Assembly (NCBI GenBank): GCA_965205975.1 | Contig: OZ242195.1 | Coordinates: forward strand, 288,001 to 352,000 | Direction of reading: 5' to 3' | Length of the DNA stretch: 64,000 bases | Source of the DNA: Candidatus Latescibacterota bacterium | GTDB taxonomy: Bacteria > Latescibacterota > UBA2968 | Part shown: positions 47,030 to 57,265 of the stretch, piece after piece | Layout of the letters: the number at the start of each line of letters is the position of its first letter | Position numbering within the stretch: position 1 is the stretch's first letter | Position numbers and translations under genes: made by a program | Notes under the pieces: generated by a model | What the model was told of the DNA's origin: nothing | The model's database searches: none | What the model saw: only the letters and a program-made list of their open reading frames with translations

Positions 47030-47938
47030 TTACCGCTGGTCTTGTCCAATGTGCCACCGGTGTGTGTTTATTTGCAAAACGATTTTGCCCTGTTTAAATA
47101 CGCGAACCGTTCCTGTTGACTCAGAAATAGCCAGGGCGATGGCCCGGGTGGTTTTGGTAATCGCCGCCGCCGCCACATGCCGTGCGCCCAACCCCTTGGG
47201 CAAAGTGAGACCGCGCGCACTCGCTGAAATATAGCGCCCTCCAGAGAGGATAATTCCATCTTCCCGAATGATAAATGCACCATCCATCAGCGATACTTCT
47301 TTGACACCTTCGTGAACATCGGGATTGCAGATATTTTTTTCTTTATCGGAATATCCACGAAAAGGATCAAATGTCATGGACCGCGAATGGTGCAAAACCC
47401 GTTTGGAATCGCCTATTACAAATAAGGTGCCGACCGGTTCGCCTTCGCGACCTTCCGTACCAATATCGATGGAAAGATCGAGCGTGGTTTTGACAACTTT
47501 GAGTGGCAAATCGCCCGCTATGGCTGAGATTTTTGCCGAATCGTATATATCAAACCCAATACTGGTATCCATCACCGTTATCGCATCCACACCCCGCGAA
47601 GCCAGCATATGACTCAGGCATACCAATCGCGCATCCCGATGAATATGCCCGCTTTCCATGCCTCTGATAACGCATTGTCGCACCTGTTCGAAGTGCGTGT
47701 CATTGCCCAGGTGATAATCATAAGTTAAACGCTGCACACCCTTTTCTTCAATACCTTTCAAAAAGTGTTTTTTTCGCGTAATAATCAGGACTTGGCAGGT
47801 GGTGTTCAACTTGAGAACATCAGTGTGGCTCACGTCGGAATTGGCCACGAGCAGGATCATATCGGCGCAGGTTTCCCGAGCCAAATTTTTGGCGGTACTC
47901 AGCAAGGACTGCGTGTGGTTTTTGTGGGAGTTAGCCAT
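47030..47938 (-). CDS. Diadenylate cyclase (DisA_N/DAC), DacZ-like architecture
   Basis: EGREGEPVGTLFVIGD, DGAFII, GLGARHVAAA, ISESTG. Confidence 0.85.
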   Translation of the reverse strand: MANSHKNHTQSLLSTAKNLARETCADMILLVANSDVSHTDVLKLNTTCQVLIITRKKHFLKGIEEKGVQRLTYDYHLGNDTHFEQVRQCVIRGMESGHIHRDARLVCLSHMLASRGVDAITVMDTSIGFDIYDSAKISAIAGDLPLKVVKTTLDLSIDIGTEGREGEPVGTLFVIGDSKRVLHHSRSMTFDPFRGYSDKEKNICNPDVHEGVKEVSLMDGAFIIREDGIILSGGRYISASARGLTLPKGLGARHVAAAAITKTTRAIALAISESTGTVRVFKQGKIVLQINTHRWHIGQDQR

Positions 47939-48000
47939 AAAACACTTTTGTGAGAAGATTATTTTAGCCTTGTGAACACATGCCCCAAAGCTACTATTTA

Positions 48001-48624
48001 CTAACGCCGGGATGAGAAGCGTCGCCGCCGACCATAAGTCACATTCTCTCGTTCCTGGGATATGTTATGTGATGTTATGCCCCCTCCTCGTTCTAAATCC
48101 AAAAATTCCCCAGGAATATGTTTGGTCAATACGGTTGGGCCACAATCGTAGAAATGCACGCCACTCTGATGGGCGCGTGTCGCAGCAATGCGTATGACAG
48201 CCCCTCGGCGTCCGGGTCTGGCGCTTAATCTCGCGGCGACATCGGCATCAAACGACAAATGTACATAATCGCGATCATCTGGTGCCAAGCCTTCGGACAA
48301 TAATCGCTCAGCATCGGCAGAATCTACTCCTTTATACAAAAATTCGGGGGGTTCTGATGGATCGAGACCCAGATCAATGGAAAAACTGTGTCCATAACGC
48401 GCTCGAATGCGGTTTTCCACAATCTCGAAACGTTGCTTTTCTCCATCATAAACCACTTTTTCAATATCTTCAAGAGTAAATGTCGAATTTCGGTCTTGAA
48501 ATGCACTTAAAACCGCATCGAGGTCGGCAAAACCATAGCGATCGACTTGTAGCCCAAACTCATCGGGCCTGTGTCGCAACATCAATGACAACAATTTGGA
48601 AATGTGTACAATTCTCGGTACCAT
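48001..48624 (-). CDS. kptA: RNA 2'-phosphotransferase (Tpt1/KptA)
   Basis: SKLLSLMLRH, KQRF, IRARYGHS, RDYVHLS. Confidence 0.85.
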   Translation of the reverse strand: MVPRIVHISKLLSLMLRHRPDEFGLQVDRYGFADLDAVLSAFQDRNSTFTLEDIEKVVYDGEKQRFEIVENRIRARYGHSFSIDLGLDPSEPPEFLYKGVDSADAERLLSEGLAPDDRDYVHLSFDADVAARLSARPGRRGAVIRIAATRAHQSGVHFYDCGPTVLTKHIPGEFLDLERGGGITSHNISQERENVTYGRRRRFSSRR

Positions 48625-48648
48625 GCGCTTTCTCCGTAATAATAATTT

Positions 48649-50016
48649 CTATGAAAACACCACATCTTGCGCAGCATCCACATCCTGAACGCCAATCAAC
48701 GACAGGCTATCGGGAATGCGCGCTCCACTCAAATTTGCTTTGGCGGCAATACACCGCGTGAAGCCCAGTTTGCGCGCTTCGGTCATTCTGCGTTCAATTT
48801 GACTAACAGCACGCACTTCTCCACCCAGCCCAACTTCGCCAATTACAACCGTATCGCGGTGCATCTGTCTGCTGCGAAAGCTCGACGCCATAGCCATAGC
48901 TACACCCAGATCGACAGCGGGTTCGTCGATACGCAAGCCCCCTGCGACATTTAAGAAAATATCTTCAGTTCCCAATTGCAGGCCCGACCGTTTTTCGAGC
49001 ACAGCAATTAAAATTGCCATTCGCCGGGCATCAAATCCCGTAGCCACGCGTTGCGGGTATCCGAAATTACTGCGACTGACCAGTGCTTGTACTTCGACCA
49101 AAATGGGACGTGTACCTTCAATTGTGCAAACAATGGCTGTGCCTTCTCGCTCGGCCTCGCGCTCGGGCAAGAATACCTGTGAGGGATTATCCACTTCGAC
49201 CATCCCCCGATCACACATTTCAAAAATGCCAATTTCATTTGTCGATCCAAACCGGTTCTTGGCCGCCCGCAAAATGCGAAACGCACCGTGTTGTTCGCCT
49301 TCCAGATAAAGTACGGTATCGACGATGTGCTCGAGCACGCGCGGCCCTGCAACGGTGCCTTCTTTGGTGACATGTCCGATTAAAAAAATTGATGTGCCCG
49401 TGCGTTTGCCCAGTGCCACCAGTCTTGCAGAAGATTCTCTAACTTGTGCCACACTTCCCGGCGCGCTTTGCAGGTCTGGGCTAAAAATGGTCTGCACCGA
49501 ATCGACCACAACTGCGACGGGCTGCATTTCTTCGATGTAGCCGCAAATCAGATCGAGATTGGATTCAGAAATCAAGTACAATTCATCGGATAACGCGCCG
49601 ATTCTTTGGGCGCGCATTCGCGTTTGGCGGGGGGACTCTTCTGCGGATACGTACAGTGCCTTCATACCCGAAAATGCGAGTTGTGCAACGCCTTGCAACA
49701 GCAATGTGGATTTGCCTATGCCGGGGTCGCCGCCAACAAGCGCAGCCATGCCGGGCACTATGCCGCCACCCAATGTGCGGTCAAATTCGCCGATGGCTGT
49801 TTCTATGCGGTCTTCTTTGCCGCCCACCACTTCCGTAATCGGTTGCGGTGGATTTGCTTTGACCCATTCGTCCGCGCGTCTGTTTTGTTTTACCTCGGGC
49901 GATGCCTGTTCTTCGACACAGGTGTTCCATTCACCACAGGATACACACCGACCAAACCACCGTCTCGAATCAGCACCGCATTGCTGACATACATACCGCA
50001 CGCGCACTTTGCCCAT
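48649..50016 (-). CDS. radA: DNA repair protein RadA/Sms
   Basis: C4 zinc finger, GDPGIGKST, KNRFG, Lon-like C-terminus GEVGLGGE. Confidence 0.97.
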   Translation of the reverse strand: MGKVRVRYVCQQCGADSRRWFGRCVSCGEWNTCVEEQASPEVKQNRRADEWVKANPPQPITEVVGGKEDRIETAIGEFDRTLGGGIVPGMAALVGGDPGIGKSTLLLQGVAQLAFSGMKALYVSAEESPRQTRMRAQRIGALSDELYLISESNLDLICGYIEEMQPVAVVVDSVQTIFSPDLQSAPGSVAQVRESSARLVALGKRTGTSIFLIGHVTKEGTVAGPRVLEHIVDTVLYLEGEQHGAFRILRAAKNRFGSTNEIGIFEMCDRGMVEVDNPSQVFLPEREAEREGTAIVCTIEGTRPILVEVQALVSRSNFGYPQRVATGFDARRMAILIAVLEKRSGLQLGTEDIFLNVAGGLRIDEPAVDLGVAMAMASSFRSRQMHRDTVVIGEVGLGGEVRAVSQIERRMTEARKLGFTRCIAAKANLSGARIPDSLSLIGVQDVDAAQDVVFS

Positions 50017-50028
50017 GGGTTATATTCC

Positions 50029-51399
50029 TCAGGGAAATTCGCGATAGATTTCGGGCTCTTCAAAGCGGAGGTATTCTGCCTGAAAGATTAAAAAAACGCT
50101 GCCAATCGGCCCGCTGCGCTGCTTGCCCAAAATGATCTCGGCTCTGCCTTCTTGCGTATTGCCCTCTTCATCTACAATGCCATATACTTCGGGGCGAAAG
50201 AGAAACATCACCACATCCGCGTCCTGTTCCAGGGAACCACTCTCACGCAAATCGGCCAATTGTGGTCGTTTATCCGTGCGACTTTCCACAGCCCGCGACA
50301 ATTGCGCGCAGGCAACGATCGGAATATCGAGTTCTTTGGCGAGAGCTTTCAGAGACCGCGAAATATAGGCGATTTCTTGTTCGCGGCTGCCAAAATTTTC
50401 AGATGCGGTCATCAGTTGTAGATAATCGACAATGATTAACTCAATATTGTATTCGGATTTTGCACGGCGCGCTTTGGCACGCAGTTCCATGACGGAAATA
50501 GCAGGTGTGTCATCAATGTATATGGGGGCCTCAATAAGCTTTCCAGTCCACTCGGATAAGCGTTGCCATTCCTCTTCTGATAGCCTGCCCGTTCGCAAAC
50601 GGTGCGAACTCACGCGCGCTTCTGCACACAAAAGTCGCTGTGCGAGTTGCTCTGTTGACATTTCCAGAGAAAAATACAGCACGGGTGTACTGCCCTTCAC
50701 GGCGGCATTGCGCGCCATGCACAATGTGAGTGCTGTCTTGCCCATCGATGGACGCGACGCGAGGATGATCATGTCCGAAGACTGCAAGCCCGCTGTGATC
50801 TCATCCAGGTCCGTATAGCCCGTGGTCACGCCAGTCAGCGCGCCGGGCTGTTCGTGCGCGCGCTCAATCGCTACATAAGCCTCTTCAATTGCGGATGCAA
50901 GGGACATAACGCCTTTGCCCAATTCGCCTTCGGCAATTTGAAAGACCCGTTGTTCGGCGCGGTCGATGAGTTCGCGCACATCCTCGGTTTCTTCATAGCT
51001 TTCGGTAAGCGTTTGGGTCGCTGCGGCGATCAATCGCCGCCGTTGTGCTTTTTCGAGTACGATCTGTGCGTGGTATTCTGCATTGGCTGCTGTCGCCATT
51101 TCACTGGCCAGCTCGGCAATCAAAACCGCGCCGCCGACATCATCGAGTTGCCCTCTGCGCACGAGTTCCTCAGTGAGTGTGACCTGATCGACGGGATCGC
51201 CGCGTTCAGACAATTTTTGAATTGCCGCATAGATTTTTCGGTGTGGGGTATGATAAAAAGCCGTTTCATCCCCCAATACTTCTACCACGCGATTGATTGC
51301 CATATTGTCAATCAACATGGCACCCAACACAGCGCGTTCGACTTCGAGTGCCTGGGGCAGCGCGCGTTCAGCCGTGTTCAATGTCGGATTTTCGACCAT
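50029..51399 (-). CDS. dnaB: Replicative DNA helicase
   Basis: SRPSMGKT, FSLEM, VDYLQL, QLSR, LRESGSLEQDAD, KQRSG; no intein. Confidence 0.97.
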   Translation of the reverse strand: MVENPTLNTAERALPQALEVERAVLGAMLIDNMAINRVVEVLGDETAFYHTPHRKIYAAIQKLSERGDPVDQVTLTEELVRRGQLDDVGGAVLIAELASEMATAANAEYHAQIVLEKAQRRRLIAAATQTLTESYEETEDVRELIDRAEQRVFQIAEGELGKGVMSLASAIEEAYVAIERAHEQPGALTGVTTGYTDLDEITAGLQSSDMIILASRPSMGKTALTLCMARNAAVKGSTPVLYFSLEMSTEQLAQRLLCAEARVSSHRLRTGRLSEEEWQRLSEWTGKLIEAPIYIDDTPAISVMELRAKARRAKSEYNIELIIVDYLQLMTASENFGSREQEIAYISRSLKALAKELDIPIVACAQLSRAVESRTDKRPQLADLRESGSLEQDADVVMFLFRPEVYGIVDEEGNTQEGRAEIILGKQRSGPIGSVFLIFQAEYLRFEEPEIYREFP

Positions 51400-52097
51400 T
51401 AAATTTCAGTTCCATCGTAAAGTTTGCGAACCAGTTTCAAGTCTTCCCATGCAGGGCGCTTCCAGTGTGCATTTCTCAATAGGGCAGCAGGATGATATGT
51501 GGGGACTAATTTCGCGCCCTGGTATTCAAAAACTTTCCCCCGCAAACGCCCTATCGACTCGGTGGTCTGCAACAAGGTTTGCGCGGCAAAACGGCCAAGA
51601 GTACAGATTACAACCGGCGCAATCAGGTCAATTTGTTGTAGTAGATAAGGCTGGCACTCAACAATTTCATCGGGTTTGGGATCCCGGTTATTGGGGGGCC
51701 TGCATTTGATAATGTTGGTGATATAGACATCTTTGCGCGTCAAACCCATGGCTTCGATCATTCGCGTCAACAATTGTCCAGCAGCCCCTACAAAAGGCAA
51801 CCCCTGTCGGTCTTCTTCAGCGCCGGGTGCTTCGCCAACAAATAGGAGGTCTGCATTGGTTTTCCCACTTCCAAACACGACTGAGGTGCGCGTTTGGGCC
51901 AATCCGCATTTTTGACAGCTACAAGCCTCTTGATCCAAAATAGTCAGGGGATCACTGACTAACCCCTTGTCAGTGTAGGCAGCGTCCGATTCCCGATCAT
52001 CTATCCGCGCAACCGAGGCGGGCGCATAAGCGAGTTCTCGCGATAGAAAATCGCGTGCAAGCTCGAGGGTTTCCAACAGGTCGGGGGATTTATTCAT
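51399..52097 (-). CDS. Uracil-DNA glycosylase family 4 (Fe-S)
   Basis: CQKCGL, GEAPG, PFVG, KCRPPNNR, YHPAALL. Confidence 0.93.
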   Translation of the reverse strand: MNKSPDLLETLELARDFLSRELAYAPASVARIDDRESDAAYTDKGLVSDPLTILDQEACSCQKCGLAQTRTSVVFGSGKTNADLLFVGEAPGAEEDRQGLPFVGAAGQLLTRMIEAMGLTRKDVYITNIIKCRPPNNRDPKPDEIVECQPYLLQQIDLIAPVVICTLGRFAAQTLLQTTESIGRLRGKVFEYQGAKLVPTYHPAALLRNAHWKRPAWEDLKLVRKLYDGTEI

Positions 52098-53295
52098 GCA
52101 CATTCTCCCAACGCGACACCAGCCAATCCAAAATGCGATCTGCCACATCGCGTTTGGACATCAAGGGCAATGCGACAGGTTCTCGATGGGGTTCTATAAA
52201 AGTCGCGACATTGGTATCAACGCCAAACCCCGCCCCTTCCACATTCAATTCGTTTAACACAATCAGGTCAAGGTTTTTCTCGTGGAGTTTTTTGCGGGCA
52301 TTTTCCAGCGCGTGATCGGTTTCCATCGCAAATCCGATTACGATCCGCTCGCCCTTGTTTTGTCCCAGAGAAATTAAAAAATCTTCATTGGGCAGAAGAT
52401 GAAGGGACAGACCGCCATCGCGTTTTTTTATTTTTGATTCGGACACATGTTCGGGGCGAAAATCGAGCACGGCTGCGGTCATAATTAGTGCGTCTGCATG
52501 CTGATATGCGCGGATGGTCGCTGCTTTTAAATCGGCAACTGTGCGGATATATTCGACCTGTGTACCGGCGGGTGCAGTGAGTTCTGTCGGTCCACTGATC
52601 AACGCGACATTAGCACCTCGGCGGTGCGCTTGTTCGGCAATAGCATAGCCCATTTTACCCGTTGAGCGATTGGTAATAAAACGCACGGGGTCAATGGGTT
52701 GCTCTGTCCTGCCCGCTGTCACTACAATGCGTTTCTCTGCAAGTGATTGTGTCGCGCCAACCATACTGCTGGCCTCATCCACAATCTCATGGGGTTCGGC
52801 CATGCGTCCCATTCCCTCGGCACCCGAGGCGAGCGATCCCGTCCCCGGCCCAACCATCCGATAGCCGTCTTTTTTCAAGAACTCGATATTTTGTCGTACA
52901 GCACCGCGTTCCCACATTTGGGTTTCCATTGCCGGGGCGAGTAAAACAGGTGCTTCTGCAGCCAACAACGCACAGGTCAACAGGTCGTCGGCCAACCCAT
53001 GGGCCAATTTCCCCATGCAATTTGCAGTTGCTGGCGCGACAATGATTAGATCGGCCCACTTGCCCAAATGCACGTGGATAACATCGGGGTCGCCGTCCGA
53101 CGGAAACAAATCCGTATAGACGCGATGGTGTGAGAGTGCTTCAAAAGTGAGGGGCTGCACAAACTTTTGTGCAGCGGGCGTCATGACCACCCGAACCTCT
53201 GCGCCTGCATTCTGAAGAAGGCGCAATAAAAATACACTTTTATAGGCGGCAATTCCACCGCTAACGCCCAGAAGAATCCTCTTTCCCGTCAGCAT
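52090..53295 (-). CDS. coaBC: Bifunctional PPC decarboxylase / PPC synthetase
   Basis: GGIAAYK, APATAN, PAM, TAGRT..IDPVRFITNRSTGKMG, GFAME. The PAMN Asn and LACG Cys appear as E and S (PAMETQM, LASG). Confidence 0.93.
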   Translation of the reverse strand: MLTGKRILLGVSGGIAAYKSVFLLRLLQNAGAEVRVVMTPAAQKFVQPLTFEALSHHRVYTDLFPSDGDPDVIHVHLGKWADLIIVAPATANCMGKLAHGLADDLLTCALLAAEAPVLLAPAMETQMWERGAVRQNIEFLKKDGYRMVGPGTGSLASGAEGMGRMAEPHEIVDEASSMVGATQSLAEKRIVVTAGRTEQPIDPVRFITNRSTGKMGYAIAEQAHRRGANVALISGPTELTAPAGTQVEYIRTVADLKAATIRAYQHADALIMTAAVLDFRPEHVSESKIKKRDGGLSLHLLPNEDFLISLGQNKGERIVIGFAMETDHALENARKKLHEKNLDLIVLNELNVEGAGFGVDTNVATFIEPHREPVALPLMSKRDVADRILDWLVSRWENVHE

Positions 53296-53488
53296 AGGTC
53301 ACCTGAATTTTTTTTTCTACAATTCGGTCCAGTGCAATGGTTGTTATTTTTTCTTCGCCTTCGGGCACACCTGCAACCAACCGGGCTTTATTCAACCGGC
53401 GAGCTTCTTTTGATGCCAGTAATACGGCTTTATAGGTATTCATATCCTCTTCAACCGTTAATTCCTCAGTGAAAAATACATTCGACAT
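53261..53488 (-). CDS. rpoZ: RNA polymerase omega subunit
   Basis: AAGGAG RBS; YKAVLLASKEARRL, KITTIAL; conserved gmk-rpoZ-coaBC order. Confidence 0.8.
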   Translation of the reverse strand: MSNVFFTEELTVEEDMNTYKAVLLASKEARRLNKARLVAGVPEGEEKITTIALDRIVEKKIQVTYADGKEDSSGR

Positions 53489-53565
53489 AACGCACTCCTT
53501 GTTAGAAATGGACTTTCGCACTGCAATAACGGGCCGGAGATAGGCCGGGAGCATAGCACGAGTTT

Positions 53566-54219
53566 TTAGAGACTCAAGCGACGCAAACATATCCGCCGTG
53601 TGCGCTGGCGCTCCGCGCGAATAATTGCGAGCAAATCGGCGATGGCTTGTTCCAATTTGTCATTTACGACAACGTAATCGCTGTTTTTGGTCTGGACAAG
53701 TTCAGAAACGGCATTTTCCATACGCAATCGAAAGTCCGAAGCACTTTCAGACTGTCGCGCATTGAGCCGCTTTGCAAGCACATCGAGAGATGGCGGCACG
53801 ACAAATACGGTCACGCAGCGATCTCCCAGGACTTTTTTCCACGCGGCCACGCCTTGCACATCTACATCCATCAACATCACATGTCCACCGCACAGAGCTT
53901 TTGCAACCGCGTCGAATGTCGCGCCGTAAAGATGTCCATGTACTTCGGCAGATTCGATAAAATCGCCTCGCGTTTGCATGGATTCAAATTGTGCAACTGT
54001 CACAAAATGACGGGCAACACCCTGTATTTCGTCATCGCGTGGTGGTCGCGTCGTTGTCGTCACACAGCGCCGGACGCTTGAATCTGCACGCAAAACCTCC
54101 TGGCACATCGACGTTTTTCCAACTCCCGATGGCCCGGCGACGATCACGGCAAATGCGGCGGGACTATCGCCCAACTTTTGCCGAATTCTTTTAACACCAG
54201 TTTTTTCTGATTTAATCAT
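53566..54219 (-). CDS. gmk: Guanylate kinase
   Basis: GPSGVGKT, TTRPPR, EVHGHLYG, DVDVQG, VPPS, VVND. Confidence 0.93.
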   Translation of the reverse strand: MIKSEKTGVKRIRQKLGDSPAAFAVIVAGPSGVGKTSMCQEVLRADSSVRRCVTTTTRPPRDDEIQGVARHFVTVAQFESMQTRGDFIESAEVHGHLYGATFDAVAKALCGGHVMLMDVDVQGVAAWKKVLGDRCVTVFVVPPSLDVLAKRLNARQSESASDFRLRMENAVSELVQTKNSDYVVVNDKLEQAIADLLAIIRAERQRTRRICLRRLSL

Positions 54220-54228
54220 CCGCGATTT

Positions 54229-55101
54229 TTACTCGATGTTTTGAATCTGTTCTTTGAGTTTTTCAATTTCTTCTTTGATATCTACGACTACATGGGCTAT
54301 TGTCGCGTCACCTGCTTTGGATCCCAGGGTATTGGCTTCTCTGAGCATTTCTTGCAGTAGAAAATTGAGACGCCGGCCAACTGCTTCCTTGCGGTTGAGC
54401 ATATCGAGAAACTGTGCGTTGTGACTGTGAAAACGCACGCATTCTTCCGTTATGTCGCTGCGGTCGGCCAGGAGGGCAATTTCCATCAACAGCCTGCTCT
54501 CATCAATTTGTTCGGGTGTTAATAATTGCGCCAATTTTTCCTCTAATCGCGTCCGAACAGTTTCTACTCGCTCGGGTGCGAGTTCTTCGACGCGCTGGAG
54601 AAATTTATTGAGCACCAAAATGCGCGTGCGGAGATCATGGGCGAGTTTTTCACCTTCTGATAGGCACATGGCCCGACAGGCGTCAATAGCCTGACTGAGT
54701 GCTACAGATACCACCTTCCATAGGGCTTCAGAATCGAGTTCGGGAATTTCAAATGCGAATATTTGAGGTAACTGAGCAATTTGCATCAGATCGATATCGC
54801 CAGATATCTCCGCGCGAATTTCTTTAATTCCTTTGAGATACGCGGATAGAACTTCGGGCTTGAGTACAGGAAGACCCTGCTCCGATGCAGTACCCTGCAA
54901 AGTTATACTCACATCGAGTCGCCCTCTTGCAAAGACCGATAAAACCCGTTCTTTGATGCGAGATTCAAGCTCAGACAAAGAACGGGGCATGCGTACTATC
55001 ACATCGCCATAGCGCCCATTGACCGACCGAATTTCAACAATAACGCGGCCCACATCCCCTTCTGCAATACCCTTTCCAAAACCGGTCATGCTGGCGATCA
55101 T
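54229..55101 (-). CDS. yicC: YicC/YloC-family endoribonuclease
   Basis: SMTGFG, RSVNGRY, DITEECVR, GRRLNFLLQEMLREANTLGSK, EQIQNIE. Confidence 0.93.
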   Translation of the reverse strand: MIASMTGFGKGIAEGDVGRVIVEIRSVNGRYGDVIVRMPRSLSELESRIKERVLSVFARGRLDVSITLQGTASEQGLPVLKPEVLSAYLKGIKEIRAEISGDIDLMQIAQLPQIFAFEIPELDSEALWKVVSVALSQAIDACRAMCLSEGEKLAHDLRTRILVLNKFLQRVEELAPERVETVRTRLEEKLAQLLTPEQIDESRLLMEIALLADRSDITEECVRFHSHNAQFLDMLNRKEAVGRRLNFLLQEMLREANTLGSKAGDATIAHVVVDIKEEIEKLKEQIQNIE

Positions 55102-55156
55102 ACCCACTCCTACCTGCTGGCAAATGCAGTAAAAATGTCTGAAATAATAGCTAAAA

Positions 55157-55185
55157 AAGATAGTCAATTTACATATTATTGTCAA
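55157..55185 (-). promoter_or_regulatory. Putative sigma70 promoter of the yicC-gmk operon
   Basis: TTGACA-17 nt-TATCTT. Confidence 0.6.
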
Positions 55186-55279
55186 TCAAACTGGATAGAA
55201 CTACGGATTTAAGGTTATCAATCGCATTTCTTCGCAGCTCGCAATGGGGGTGGTTTGGAGTTGCGTTTCTACACTTTGA

Positions 55280-55308
55280 TTGACCTCAACGTGGTAAGAA
55301 GGTATATT
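55280..55308 (+). promoter_or_regulatory. Putative sigma70 promoter of the lepA operon
   Basis: TTGACC-17 nt-TATATT. Confidence 0.6.
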
Positions 55309-55460
55309 CTTATGCTTTATGGCGTTTATTGAACTGTTATACTGAAGTTGTACTGCGCGTGTGCAGTCATGCTCGAAGCGATGTACAACTGTGCCGCTTT
55401 ATCAGCAGTTCATTACTCGTCTTCATATACAACTTCCCAAACTTGTAGCAATGCAAAAAT

Positions 55461-57260
55461 ATGAATCTTCATAATATTCGAAATTTTTCCATCATTGCGC
55501 ATATTGATCACGGAAAATCGACTCTGGCTGACCGGTTGCTGGAAGAGACGCAAACTCTGAGCGAATTTCAAATGCAAGATCAGGTGCTCGATAACATGGA
55601 TCTCGAACGCGAGCGGGGTATTACCATCAAATCGCACGCCATTCGCATGGATTATACAGCGCCAGATGGTCAGATTTATGAACTCAATCTCATCGATACG
55701 CCAGGTCATGTCGATTTCTCTTATGAGGTCTCGCGCAGTCTCACCGCGTGTGAAGGTGCGCTGCTCCTCGTTGACGCGGCGCAGGGAGTGGAAGCCCAAA
55801 CCGTTAGCAATGTTCTCCTCGCTATGGAGCACGACTTGTTCATCATTCCCGTGATCAACAAGATTGACCTGCCCGGTGCCGAAGTAGATCGCGTGGTCAT
55901 GCAACTCCATGACTTGCTCGGTGTAGAAGAAGAGGAAATTGTCAAAATCAGTGCTAAAGAGGGCATTGGGATCGATAAACTCCTGGCCGCTATTATCGAT
56001 GAGATACCACCTCCTGAGGGGAATCCGGATGCTCCGCTCAAGGCTCTCATCTTCGATTCTATTTTCGACCAATATCGCGGCGTCGTGGCTTATGTGCGCG
56101 TTTTTGATGGCGTTTTAAAAAAAAATATGCCTATCCGTCTCTTTTCGACCAACCAAAATTACGACGCCGAAGAAATCGGTACCCTCAAACTCAAGCGTAT
56201 CAAACAGCAAAGCCTCAGCGCAGGCGAAGTCGGGTATCTCATCGCGGGGATAAAGGACCTTGAAGACGCTCGGGTCGGGGACACCGTCACTGGCTCTGCG
56301 AATCCCGCCATTCATCCCTTACCTGGCTATCAGGAAGTCAAACCCATGGTCTTTGCCGGGCTTTATCCCATATCATCAGATGACTTTGAAAACCTTCGTT
56401 CTGCGCTCGAAAAACTGCATCTCAACGATGCGTCATTGTCCTACGAACCCGAAACTTCGACAGCACTCGGTTTCGGATTTCGATGTGGCTTTCTCGGCCT
56501 GCTCCACATGGAAATTGTCCAGGAGCGACTGGACCGCGAATTTGACATAGACATCATCACTACTGTGCCGAATGTCGAATATCGCGTGCGCCTGACCAGT
56601 GGAGAGCAGGTCAATGTGCAAAATCCCGCCGAGATGCCACCTGCGGGAAATATAGAAGATATTGCCGAACCGATGCTCGATGCCCAAATTCTGGTGCCCT
56701 CTGAATATGTGGGCAATATTATGCGTATTGCACAAGATCGTCGGGGCCATTATCGTACGACCGAATACATTGACCCCACCCGTGCACTCTTGCGCTATGA
56801 TCTGCCCTTATCCGAAATTGTGCTCGATTTCTACGACCGCCTCAAATCGGTCTCGCGCGGTTATGCATCGTTTGACTACGAATACAAAAAACACCAGGCA
56901 GCGGATTTGGTCAAACTCGACCTGCTCATCAATGGCGAACCCTTAGACGCACTCTCTGCAATTGTTCACCGCGATAAAGCCTATGAATGGGGGCGCGCTT
57001 TGAGTCAAAAACTCAAAGCACTGATCCCGCGCCAGCTCTTTGAAGTCGTTATTCAAGCGGCAATCGGTGCCAAAGTGATTTCGCGCGAAACCGTGCGTCC
57101 TTTCCGCAAAAACGTCACTGCCAAATGTTATGGCGGCGATATTACCCGCAAGCGCAAACTCCTCGAGCGTCAAAAAGAGGGCAAAAAGCGCATGAAACAA
57201 GTCGGCGCAGTAGAAATCCCTCAAGAGGCGTTTCTCGCTGTTTTGCAGATGGAAGTGTGA
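55461..57260 (+). CDS. lepA: Elongation factor 4
   Basis: [57 protein letters not shown]. Confidence 0.98.
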   Translation: MNLHNIRNFSIIAHIDHGKSTLADRLLEETQTLSEFQMQDQVLDNMDLERERGITIKSHAIRMDYTAPDGQIYELNLIDTPGHVDFSYEVSRSLTACEGALLLVDAAQGVEAQTVSNVLLAMEHDLFIIPVINKIDLPGAEVDRVVMQLHDLLGVEEEEIVKISAKEGIGIDKLLAAIIDEIPPPEGNPDAPLKALIFDSIFDQYRGVVAYVRVFDGVLKKNMPIRLFSTNQNYDAEEIGTLKLKRIKQQSLSAGEVGYLIAGIKDLEDARVGDTVTGSANPAIHPLPGYQEVKPMVFAGLYPISSDDFENLRSALEKLHLNDASLSYEPETSTALGFGFRCGFLGLLHMEIVQERLDREFDIDIITTVPNVEYRVRLTSGEQVNVQNPAEMPPAGNIEDIAEPMLDAQILVPSEYVGNIMRIAQDRRGHYRTTEYIDPTRALLRYDLPLSEIVLDFYDRLKSVSRGYASFDYEYKKHQAADLVKLDLLINGEPLDALSAIVHRDKAYEWGRALSQKLKALIPRQLFEVVIQAAIGAKVISRETVRPFRKNVTAKCYGGDITRKRKLLERQKEGKKRMKQVGAVEIPQEAFLAVLQMEV

Positions 57261-57265
57261 GGAAA

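Noticed and set aside
50029..51399. Intein in dnaB
   Set aside because: 456 aa is the normal length and there are no splicing motifs.
55315..55460. SRP, 6S or tRNA gene in the yicC-lepA spacer
   Set aside because: No SRP helix-8 motif, no cloverleaf or T-loop, and too short for a typical 6S. Kept only as an unclassified leader.
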